A DNA stretch of 64,000 nt. Source: an uncultured Actinomycetes bacterium (lineage in GTDB: Bacteria > Actinomycetota > Thermoleophilia > RBG-16-64-13). The DNA is taken from contig CAVPLM010000014.1 of assembly GCA_963706025.1 (NCBI GenBank), positions 32,001 through 96,000 on the forward strand, given 5' to 3'. Numbering within the stretch: the first letter of the stretch is position 1; each line of letters begins with the position of its first letter. Of the stretch, positions 1 through 8,544 are shown piece by piece. A program made the translations under genes and the position numbers. The notes beneath the pieces were generated by a model. The model made no database searches. It was not told the DNA's origin and worked only from the letters and a program-made list of their open reading frames with translations.

Positions 1-93
1 CGCCCCGAAGATCACGACGGCGCACGGCGGAGCAACCTCCACGTCCATCTGGATCTCTACGGCCTTCGATCCTGGCTCTTCACATTTCGTCAT
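1..93 (-). CDS. zwf: glucose-6-phosphate 1-dehydrogenase, N-terminal fragment (runs off window start)
   Basis: Manual translation MTKCEEPGSKAVEIQMDVEVAPPCAVVIFGA matches the G6PDH N-terminal 'P..vVIFGA(tGDL)' motif; GGAGG RBS upstream; directly downstream of gnd. Confidence 0.8.
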   Translation of the reverse strand, partial: MTKCEEPGSKAVEIQMDVEVAPPCAVVIFGA

Positions 94-114
94 CTGCTCC
101 GCCTCCCAGGGGTT

Positions 115-1135
115 CTATGGCGCCGGCTTCTCGAGGTGGCCTCCGAATGCGAACCGCATGGCGGAGAGCACCCTGCGGGCGAAATCATCCTCGCCCTGGG
201 AACTGAACCTCTCAAAGAGGGCGGTACTGAGGACTGGGGCCGGCACCCCCTCTTCGACGGCCGCCAGGATGGTCCAGCGCCCCTCACCGGAATCCGATAC
301 CCTTCCGGCGAACCTCGACAGGTCGGGATTCTCGAAAAGCTCGGTCGCACAGAGGTCGAGGAGCCAGGAGGCGATGACGCTCCCCCGCCGCCACAGCTCC
401 GAGATGTCGGCTAGATCGAAGTCATACTGGTAGCGCTCCGGTTCCCGCAGAGGAGTCGTCTCAGCATCCACCTCCCGGCCCTCCTTGCCCACACCGGCGT
501 GCTGCAGGATATTGAGTCCCTCCGCGTAGGCGGCCATGAGCCCGTACTCGATCCCGTTGTGGATCATCTTGACGAAATGACCGGCGCCCACCGGCCCACA
601 GTGCAGGTAGCCTTCCTCGGCCGTTCCCCCTGCTTGCTCGCGGCCCGGGGTCCGGGGGATCGATCCCCGTCCCGGCGCGAGGGTCTTGAAGATCGGGTCC
701 AGATGCTCGACCGCCTCCTTCGGCCCCCCGATCATCAGGCAATACCCGCGCTCGAGACCCCAGACGCCCCCGCTCGTCCCGCAGTCGACGTAACCGACAC
801 CGGCGGTGGAGAGTTCCCCGGCGCGCCGGATGTCGTCGATGTAGTAGGAATTGCCGCCGTCGATGACGATGTCGCCCTCTTCCAGGTGACCGGCGACCTC
901 CACCAGCGTTTGGTCGACGACGGCTGCCGGCACCATCAGCCAGACCACCCGGGGCGGCTCTGAGCTTGCCGACAAGCTCGGCGATCGAGGAGGCCGCGAC
1001 TGCCCCGGTCTCCTTCGCGAAGTTCTCCCTTGTCCTTGCCGTGGCGGAGTAGACGACGACCTCATGACCGGCGCGCATCAAACGGCGCACCATGTTGCCG
1101 CCCATCCTTCCCAGACCGATCATTCCAAGCTGCAT
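115..1135 (-). CDS. gnd: 6-phosphogluconate dehydrogenase (decarboxylating, short YqeC-type); one frameshift near 961
   Basis: N-terminus [12 protein letters not shown] (ORF 461..1135) joins [42 protein letters not shown] (ORF 115..1065). Confidence 0.92.
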
Positions 1136-1254
1136 CTCAGTTCTCCATTCGGCCGAGGTGGAAGATGACGTCGAGCATAACGCATGGATCGGGCTCTAGA
1201 CTTGCATGTTCCGCTGAGTCCGCGGGAAGAAACATGAACAGGGCTGCGAGCAAG

Positions 1255-1344
1255 AACTGGTTTCAGAACGAAGCTCCGCCGCAAGGGACGCGCTGTGCCG
1301 CTCAGCGTGCTCTAGGCGGCCGCGGCTGCATTTTGAAACCAGTT
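1255..1344. repeat. about 90 bp imperfect palindrome with 14 bp terminal inverted repeats
   Basis: AACTGGTTTCAGAA (1255-1268) vs TTTTGAAACCAGTT (1331-1344), 13/14 complementary; inner CCGCC/GGCGG and CGCTG/CAGCG pairs. Confidence 0.6.
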
Positions 1345-1419
1345 GTAAGACCGATGGGTCCGCGGGCGTCGGCCCGCTGCCGGCTGCCGAGTGCAAGGAA
1401 GAGCGAGGAAAGGATACTC

Positions 1420-2352
1420 ATGGAGACCAGACGGATGGGCGGTACTGGACCCTACGTATCTCTGGTCGGGTTGGGGTGCAACAACTTCGGAATGAAGCTC
1501 GACGAGCGTCAGACTGCGGACGTGGTCCACGCCGCTCTCGAGGCCGGGATCAGCCATTTCGACACCGCGGAGAGCTACGGCGGGGGTCGATCCGAGGTGT
1601 TCCTCGGCAGAGCGCTCGGAGAAAGACGCGGCGACGTCATCGTCGCCACCAAGTTCGCGCCGCGTCCAAGCGAGGAACCGTACCGGCCCGGGGCACTGCG
1701 GCGGCGCATCCTCGAGGGGTGCGAGATCAGTTTGGAGCGGCTCGGCACCGACCATATCGACATCTACTACCAACACCGGCCCGACCCGGAGGCTCCGGTC
1801 CTCGAGGCCCTGGAAGCGCTGAGCGACCTGGTCGCCGCCGGGAAGGTTGTCCACGGCGCCTGCTCCAACTTCAGCGCCAAGCAGATCGACGAGGCCGAGC
1901 GAGTCGCCACCGAGCGCGGCACGGCCAAGTTCGTGGCCGGCCAGATCCACTGGAACCTCCTCGCCCGCGAGGCGGAGGAAGAGATCGTGCCGGCCCTCCG
2001 CCGGCAGGGGATGGGGATCGTGCCGTATTTTCCGCTGGAGTCGGGTCTGCTCACGGGCAAATACGGACCAGGGCTGGAATACCCCGAGGGCTCGCGCCTC
2101 GCTGCCATGCCGCGCTTCGCCACCCGCGCGACCGCTGAGACCTTCGCCTACCTGGAGCAGCTGACCGCGTTTGCGGAAGCGCGGGGGCACTCCCTGCTCG
2201 AACTGGCCTTCGGTTGGCTGGCCGCCCAAGACGGCGTGGCCTCGATCATCGCCGGGGCGACGACCCCCGAGCAGGTGACCGCGAATGTCGGGGCCGGAGG
2301 GGCCTGGCGGCTCTCGGCCGAAGACATCCGGGACCTCCCGCTGATGGTTTAG
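1420..2352 (+). CDS. aldo/keto reductase
   Basis: VGLGCNNFG, FDTAESYG, ATKF, SLERLGTDHIDIYYQH, YFPLESGLLTGKY; ATG at 1420 after GAAAGGA. Confidence 0.92.
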   Translation: METRRMGGTGPYVSLVGLGCNNFGMKLDERQTADVVHAALEAGISHFDTAESYGGGRSEVFLGRALGERRGDVIVATKFAPRPSEEPYRPGALRRRILEGCEISLERLGTDHIDIYYQHRPDPEAPVLEALEALSDLVAAGKVVHGACSNFSAKQIDEAERVATERGTAKFVAGQIHWNLLAREAEEEIVPALRRQGMGIVPYFPLESGLLTGKYGPGLEYPEGSRLAAMPRFATRATAETFAYLEQLTAFAEARGHSLLELAFGWLAAQDGVASIIAGATTPEQVTANVGAGGAWRLSAEDIRDLPLMV

Positions 2353-2439
2353 GCGGCGCGCCGCGTGCGCGCGCCCGTCACAGCACGCGCCCGCGACTAG
2401 TTCTACAATGGGCGCAGACATCGAGCGAAGGAGGCAGCC

Positions 2440-3747
2440 ATGGCGGCCGGGGTCGAGCAGCTGAGCGCTCAGACGGTGGTGGTCGGCAGCGGGCCGGGTG
2501 GAGCCACGGTGGCGCGTGAACTGGCTCGCCGGGGCCGGGAGGTCCTGGTGCTGGAGAAGGGGGCCTACCACAGCCGATAGGCAGCTACGTCACTCTCTTT
2601 CGCATGATGGACCGGTACGGCATGCTGGCCTCGGTCGAGGGGACGGCGATGGTCCGCCTCCTCACCGTCGGCGGCAGCTCGATCGCCTTCTTGGGCACGG
2701 CCTTTGACCCGCCGGCCTGGCTGAAGGACCGGTACGGCATCGATCTGGCCCCCTACGTCGAGGAGACGAAGACGGAGCTCAAGGTCGCGCCCCTGCCGGA
2801 GCACCTCATCGGCGAAGGGGCCAAACGCATCCGCCGGGCGGCGCGGGCCGAAGGTCTGGACTGGCGCCCGCTTGCCCAAGTTCATCGATGCCGAGAAGTG
2901 CGAGCTCACGTGCCCGAAGTGCTTTGCCGGGTGCGCCGAGCGGGCGAAGTGGACCGCGCGCGACTACATCGAGGAGGCTGTCGGAAACGGGGCCCGCCTG
3001 AAGACCCGCATGTGGGTCGACGAGGTTCTTTCGGACGGGGGCCGGGCGACGGGTGTCCGGGGCATCGGACCGGCCGGCAAGTTCACGGTCGAAGCCGAGA
3101 ACGTGGTGCTCGCCGCCGGAGGGTTGGGCACGCCGGTCATCATGCAGGCCTCCGGCTTTCCCACCGCCGGTCAAGGCCTCATCATCGACCCTCTTATCAT
3201 CACCTCCGGCACCTATCCAGGGCCCGGCTCCTCGCACGACATCCCCATGAGCTGCGGTACCACCGACCTGCAGGACGAGGGCCTCATCATGACCGATGTG
3301 ATCGACCCCTGGGCGCTCTACCTCTTCGGACTGCTCATGGCGGGTCCAAAGCAGGTGCCCGCTTTCAGGCACTACCCTCACACCCTCGGGATCATGACCA
3401 AGGTCAGGGACGGACTCGCCGGCTCGATCGGACCCGACGGCGTGGTCTCCAAGCCCATCGGGGAGGAGGAGCACGCAAAGCTCGCCCGCGGCTCGGAGAT
3501 CGCCACCCGCATCCTCACACGCGCCGGCTGCGACCCCGACTCCATCGTGGACGCTCCCTTGAGGGGCTCACACCCGGGTGGGACCGTGCGAATCGGCGAG
3601 TTGGTCGACAGCGACCTGCGCGCCGAGATCGCCGGACTCTACGTGTGCGACGCGAGCGTCCTACCCGAGCCGATGGGCCTGCCTCCGGTACTGATGCTCA
3701 TCGGCCTGGGCAAGCGGTTGGTGGCGGAGCAACTGGCAAGGGAATGA
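2440..3747 (+). CDS. GMC-family FAD oxidoreductase with Cys cluster; frameshifts near 2575 and 2872
   Basis: [25 protein letters not shown] motif from ATG 2440 (AAGGAGG RBS); [12 protein letters not shown]; [19 protein letters not shown]-terminal GMC motif. Confidence 0.82.
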
Positions 3748-3883
3748 GAGGATACGCAGGCCATCATAGTGCGTGAATGCGGAGGGCCGGAGGTCCTGGT
3801 GCTGGAGACACCCCCTAGCCCGGAGCCCTGCCCGCCCAAGTCTGGGGCGCGCCGCGAAGCCGGCGCGCCCCACTGACCTGCTG

Positions 3884-5053
3884 CTACATGCCGGCGGGCC
3901 GCTCCTCGAGCGTCACCGAGACCACCTGGCTGGTGCCGTTGCGGTCGATGGTCACCTGCACGGTGTCCCCGGGCTGCTTGTCCCGTATCGCCACCATGAG
4001 GTTGCTCGACTCGGTCATGTCTTGGTCGTCGATCTTGACGATGATGTCGCCCTGCTGGAGGCCCGCTTTGTCCGCTGGGCCTCCGGCCGTCACATCCGCC
4101 ACCAGGACCCCGGACGAGCGGGAGAGACCGAACTGCTGCTGAAGATCGGGGGTGACGGTCTGGGTGCCCACCCCGAGGTAGGCGTGGGTGGCCGAGCCGG
4201 TCTGGATGATCTGGTCGGCTACCTGGGTAGCTGTGGCCGCAGGTATGGCGAACCCGATGTTGACCGCCCCGGTCTCACCCGGGGGGAGATAGGCCACGTT
4301 GATGCCGATCACGTCTCCGCTCGCGTTGCCGAGCGCGCCGCCGGAGTTGCCCGGGCTGATGGGAGCGTCGGTTTGGACGAGGTTGGTGAGGGCCAGGCCT
4401 TCAGTACCGGTGACTCCGTCTATGCTCCGGGCCACGCCCGAAACGATCCCCAGGGTCACCGAATTCTCGTATCCCATAGGACTGCCGATGGCGATGGCGT
4501 ATTCACCCACCTCTGGCAGGTCGGTATTGAACGTGGCGGCGGGAAGACCATTGCCCGCGTCGACCGTGATTACGGCTAGGTCGGTCAGGGGGTCCCGTCC
4601 CACCACGGTGGCCGGCAGCCTCTCACCGGTGGCGAGGGTGACCTCGATGTTCTGCACGACATTGCCGGTATCATCCGTTACCACATGGTTGTTAGTGAGG
4701 ATCATGCCGTCTTTGGTGTAGATGACGCCGGAGCCTTCCCCTGCATACTGCTGTCCCCGGCTGGTCCCGCTCATGGCGATGTTGACCACGCTCGGCCCCA
4801 GCTTGGTCGCCACTTCTTGGGCGGGACTGGCAAGACCGTCTCCGTTGTCTCCGCTGACGATGTTCGTATTGCTGTTCGCCGTCGTTGCCTGGGAGGCCGT
4901 GAGATTCGCGCCGCTGGCGGTATCGACCCCCAGGCCGACGAAAGCAAAGGTGGTCCCCAGCACTATCGCCAGGGCCGTTACCATCCCAATGAGTGCCCAC
5001 CTCAACCGTTTTCGCCCCCGCAGGCGGCTCGTTTCCGCCCCGATCGGTTCCAT
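3884..5053 (-). CDS. htrA: HtrA/DegP-like trypsin serine protease with PDZ domain, membrane anchored
   Basis: N-terminal TM helix, TNNHVV, DLAV, TDAPISPGNSGG, C-terminal PDZ (GPADKAGLQQGDII). Confidence 0.93.
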   Translation of the reverse strand: MEPIGAETSRLRGRKRLRWALIGMVTALAIVLGTTFAFVGLGVDTASGANLTASQATTANSNTNIVSGDNGDGLASPAQEVATKLGPSVVNIAMSGTSRGQQYAGEGSGVIYTKDGMILTNNHVVTDDTGNVVQNIEVTLATGERLPATVVGRDPLTDLAVITVDAGNGLPAATFNTDLPEVGEYAIAIGSPMGYENSVTLGIVSGVARSIDGVTGTEGLALTNLVQTDAPISPGNSGGALGNASGDVIGINVAYLPPGETGAVNIGFAIPAATATQVADQIIQTGSATHAYLGVGTQTVTPDLQQQFGLSRSSGVLVADVTAGGPADKAGLQQGDIIVKIDDQDMTESSNLMVAIRDKQPGDTVQVTIDRNGTSQVVSVTLEERPAGM

Positions 5054-5196
5054 GCTGATATTCCTCCTTTAGAGGATTCCCTCTCGTCCTTTTCCTGCCT
5101 GAGGGCCGGCAAGACAGATCCTGTTCGTCCCGGGCACCTCACCGGTCGACCGTTGGGGCGCGGTCGCGACTAGGCACGCCCGACGAAGTCCGGGGG

Positions 5197-5229
5197 ATCA
5201 TACCGGGTGAGGTATAAGAGACTCATAAG
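5197..5229 (-). promoter_or_regulatory. putative htrA promoter: -10 TATGAT plus CTTAT-N6-CTTAT direct repeat
   Basis: Minus strand CTTATGAGTCTCTTATACCTCACCCGGTATGAT; 11 bp-spaced repeat over the -35 region. Confidence 0.4.
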
Positions 5230-5389
5230 GCGAATGGAGACGGCAGCCCGGCCGCAGGTATCGCGAACACGGTCGCCTGTTCGACGTCGGCCGCCGAGGT
5301 CGGGGAAGCGGTTGTGCTGCCGACAATCCGCATCCGCTATGCTGGTCCTTGGGCTCAGTCATGTGAAGATCGAAGCAGGAGGGCGGTTG

Positions 5390-6054
5390 ATGGACGTCAG
5401 CAAGGCTCTGGAGAAGCGGCGCACCGTTCGCGCCTTCCTGGCGGAACCGGTGCCGCGGGAGACAGTCGCAGCCATCCTCGAGGCTGCGCTCCGCACTCCT
5501 TCCTGGGCCAACACGCAGCCCTGGCAGATCTACGTCGCGGGCGGGGACGTGCTCGAGCGGATGCGCAAGGCTTTCGTAGAACGCACCCACCAGGGGGTGC
5601 GCGGTCAACCTGACCTCCCGGTGCCCGAGGAGTGGCCCGTCGCCTGCCGGGAGCGCACCAGGGCCCTGACCGCCGGTCGCGCCGAGATGCTGGGGGTCGC
5701 TCCGGACGATGCGCAGTTTCGCCAGGACTTCCTCGAGAGCAATCGGCGGTTCTTCGACGCGCCCAACGTGGTCTACCTGTGCATGGACCGGTGCTTGACC
5801 TCCTGGTCAATACTGGATCTCGGGATGATGGCGCAGAGCATCATGCTGGCCGCCCAGGACTTGGGGGTGGATTCTGCTATCGCCGTCAACCTGGTCTGCT
5901 ATCCGGACGTGCTGCGAGCCGAGCTCGGCATCCCCGAGGAGCTGCTGATCGTCATCGGGATCGCCCTGGGGTATGCCGACACAGGTGTCTCTCGGATCGC
6001 TTCCGCAGTTCTCGACGGTCGCTGGGCGACGTGGTCACGTTCGTCGACATGTGA
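5390..6054 (+). CDS. nitroreductase family protein; frameshift near 5985
   Basis: KRRTVRAF, TPSWANTQPW, DLGMMAQSIMLAAQDLG, IALGY; C-terminus DRFRSSRRSLGDVVTFVDM in another frame; AGGAGG RBS. Confidence 0.88.
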
Positions 6055-6183
6055 AGGGCCTGCTGCCGCCATGCAGATACTGCAGCTGTGCAGGGGCTGC
6101 GGAGATCGGCGCTGGTGCGAGAGAAGGATTCGCGGTCTCCGGCGAGAAATGGAGAGCGCCAGGAAAACCAAAGACCTCCCCCC

Positions 6184-6219
6184 CTCCGCCCCCCACCCCT
6201 GGGGGCGGAGCGCTTTCTT
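6184..6219 (+). terminator. intrinsic terminator-like hairpin
   Basis: CTCCGCCCCC / GGGGGCGGAG 10 bp stem followed by CGCTTTCTT. Confidence 0.5.
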
Positions 6220-6266
6220 GAGGACAGACCCTCACCAGCGTGACCCCGTACAGGTAAGATAGGGAC

Positions 6267-6755
6267 ATGTCCAAGATCACCCTCGATATGCCGGCGCCCG
6301 ACTTCGAACTCGCCGACTTCCACGGACGCGGGTTCCGACTCTCCGAACTGCGTGGCCGCAAGAACGTCCTGCTGGTCTTCAACCGCGGGTTCACCTGACC
6401 GTTCTGCCGTGCGCACATGGCGCAGTTGCGCCAGGAGCATGAGGAGTTCGAGAAGAGACAGACGGCCATCGTCGTGGTGGGACCGGAGGACGCTCCGGCG
6501 TTCGGTCGCTATTGGGTCGACAACCAGCTTCCTTTCGTCGGTCTGCCCGATCCCGAGCACCGGGTGCTCAAGCTCTTTGGACAGGAGGTCAAGCTCTTCA
6601 AGCTGGGGCGCATGCCCGCTCAGGTGCTGATCGACAAGTCCGGTGTGGCCCGGTTCGTACACTACGGGCACGACATGAGCGATATACCGAAGAACGCCGA
6701 GATCTTCGAGTCGATCGATACTCTCGACGATGGGCAGGAGGCTTCGGGGATCTGA
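6267..6755 (+). CDS. peroxiredoxin-like (AhpC/TSA/redoxin) selenoprotein, UxxC motif, Sec at codon 44 (TGA 6396-6398)
   Basis: MSKITLDMPAPDFELADFHGRGFRLSELRGRKNVLLVFNRGFT-U-PFCRAHMAQLRQ continues in frame into ORF 6417..6755; TGA sits at the first position of the thioredoxin-fold CxxC. Confidence 0.88.
6399..6440 (+). promoter_or_regulatory. candidate bacterial SECIS element
   Basis: Hairpin TGGCGC-AGTT-GCGCCA (6418-6433), apical loop contains G and starts 25 nt after the UGA; possible lower stem GTGC/GCAT. Confidence 0.6.
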
Positions 6756-6762
6756 GACAAGA

Positions 6763-6820
6763 GAGGCGCCTCCGGGGATGGGCCCCAGGGGAGACGCCTC
6801 CGGGGAGGGGTCCTGGGGGA
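6763..6820. repeat. imperfect tandem repeat of about 29 bp (2 copies), REP-like
   Basis: GAGGCGCCTCCGGGGATGGGCCCCAGGGG followed by AGACGCCTCCGGGGAGGGGTCCTGGGGG. Confidence 0.45.
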
Positions 6821-6872
6821 AGCTAACGCACTGCGGTCGCCGAAGCGACCGGCAGCGGTCGCACGGACAGAG

Positions 6873-6989
6873 TCAGAATCGGCGCCTGACGAGCCGGCGG
6901 GAAGCGTTACGAGAACTGAGTCTCCTCAGCCACGTTTCGCAGCCGAACGCCAGCACAACAAGCACGGTCAGGACGATCACATTCCCCAT
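6873..6989 (-). CDS. small hypothetical membrane peptide (38 aa)
   Basis: MGNVIVLTVLVVLAFGCETWLRRLSSRNASRRLVRRRF; GAGGAGG RBS 6 nt upstream; hairpin GCGACC-N6-GGTCGC just downstream. Confidence 0.45.
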   Translation of the reverse strand: MGNVIVLTVLVVLAFGCETWLRRLSSRNASRRLVRRRF

Positions 6990-7103
6990 CACTGACCTCC
7001 TCTAGCGCACAATGTACTCTCACAGCGGCCGAAAGGCAAGTCCTTTGCAGCGAGAGTGTTGTATGGTGGAGGGCAACCTAATCATCCCCACAACAGGAGG
7101 ACA

Positions 7104-7403
7104 ATGGCTGCCTACATCGTCGTCAATGTGCACATCACAGATGAATCCGGCTATGCGGCGTACTGGCCGCTCGTCCCTCCCACACTGGAGGCCTACGGGG
7201 GTCGTTTTCTGGCTCGGGGAGGCCGTGCCCAGCGGCTCGAGGGCTCCGGGACTCCGGGGCGGATGATCGTCCTCGAGTTTCCCAGCTACGAGCAGGCCCT
7301 GGCGTGGTATGAATCGGAGGAGTACGCTCCGGCCAAGCGGCGACGACTGGCCTCCGCCGATGCGGAAATGATCATCGTCGAGGGCGTCGAGAGCTCGGCC
7401 TGA
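7104..7403 (+). CDS. DUF1330 domain protein
   Basis: MAAYIVV..YGGRFLARGG..LEG..VLEFPSYEQALAWYESEEY..IVEG; AGGAGG RBS. Confidence 0.9.
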   Translation: MAAYIVVNVHITDESGYAAYWPLVPPTLEAYGGRFLARGGRAQRLEGSGTPGRMIVLEFPSYEQALAWYESEEYAPAKRRRLASADAEMIIVEGVESSA

Positions 7404-7407
7404 GGGC

Positions 7408-8316
7408 CTACTTCCTCACGGGAGCCTGCGGCGGAGCCGCGGCCGGCTTCGGCGCTACCGGCACCACACCCGCCAACTCGCCGATCACGTTGATCAGCTC
7501 GGTATTGGCTGGGACCACCACCTTGGCGTTCTGGGAGAGAGCTCGCTCGACCGCCTCGAGCTTTCGCAGTATCTGGGCGTTACCGACGAAGAATTCTTCG
7601 GCCGCTTCGTTGACAAGTTGGATCGCCTGCGCCTCACCCTCGGCGGCCAAGATCCGCGCCTGCTTGATGCCTTCGGCCTTCTTGATCTCGGCCCGGCGCT
7701 GACCGTCGGCCTGCGTCTCGGTGGCGGTGGCGAAGTCGATGGCGGCCACCTTCTCGTTCTCGGCCTTGACCACCTTGTTCATGGTCTCCTGTACGTCTTC
7801 GGGGGGATCTATCTCCTTGAGCTCCGTGCGCAGGATCTCTATCCCCCAACTGGCGGTCTCCTGCAGGAGGGTACTGCGCAGTTCCTCGTTGATCCTGCCC
7901 CGCTCGCTGTTGGCGGACTTGAGCGTGAGCGTACCGATGATGTTACGGAGCGTGGTGCGGGCCAGGTTGACGATCTGGTTCTCGTAGTTGGTGACGTTGT
8001 ACTGCGAGGATTTGACGTTCTCCTCGTCGGCCTTGACCTTGAGATACACCTGGGCGTCCACGCGGGCGTTGAGGTTGTCGTTCGTGATGATCATCTGAGG
8101 CTGGGCTTCGACCAGCATCTCGCGGATGTCCACCCGGAACATGCGCTCAATGATCGGGATGATGAAGTGGAAGCCCGGAGCAGCGTAACGGTTGTACTTG
8201 CCGAGACGCTCCACCAGCCCTCGGTGCGTCGGCCGGACGATCCGGATCCCGAAGACCAGCAGTATGAGGAGCACCACCACTGCCACCGCTATCACCGTTA
8301 TGAGCCAGCCGGACAT
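7408..8316 (-). CDS. SPFH/band 7/stomatin family membrane protein
   Basis: N-terminal TM, GLVERLGKY, PGFHFIIP, TTLRNIIG, coiled-coil AEG repeats. Confidence 0.92.
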   Translation of the reverse strand: MSGWLITVIAVAVVVLLILLVFGIRIVRPTHRGLVERLGKYNRYAAPGFHFIIPIIERMFRVDIREMLVEAQPQMIITNDNLNARVDAQVYLKVKADEENVKSSQYNVTNYENQIVNLARTTLRNIIGTLTLKSANSERGRINEELRSTLLQETASWGIEILRTELKEIDPPEDVQETMNKVVKAENEKVAAIDFATATETQADGQRRAEIKKAEGIKQARILAAEGEAQAIQLVNEAAEEFFVGNAQILRKLEAVERALSQNAKVVVPANTELINVIGELAGVVPVAPKPAAAPPQAPVRK

Positions 8317-8409
8317 GAGATCACCCGCCTTTCAGTGTATGAGGTGCCGCCCGGCATGGAGGCCAGCCGGCATCGAGGCCGGCGGGCGTGGGGGCGCCCG
8401 ACAGCTCCC

Positions 8410-8438
8410 ATCCTAGGGGTTCAGCCGGCGGCCGTCAA
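8410..8438 (-). promoter_or_regulatory. housekeeping sigma promoter for the SPFH gene
   Basis: TTGACG-N17-TAGGAT on the minus strand. Confidence 0.55.
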
Positions 8439-8544
8439 AGGCCGCGGGGCGTCCGGGGCGCGGCGGGCAGTCGGCGCGGCTGCAGCGAGGTCGCGCGCGC
8501 GGACTCCCAGGCGCCGTCCGGAGCGACGTTGATATAGTGCCCGC

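Noticed and set aside
1255-1344. Integron attC site
   Set aside because: Lacks the unpaired central spacer and RYYYAAC/GTTRRRY match; no integrase or cassette array
2578-2580. In-frame TAG in the GMC oxidoreductase as possible pyrrolysine readthrough
   Set aside because: The continuation ([15 protein letters not shown]) is in a different frame, so it is a one-base indel; no pyl genes seen
6071-6262. Short ORF MQILQLCRGCG.. with CxxC
   Set aside because: No RBS, spans a terminator hairpin, no recognisable domain
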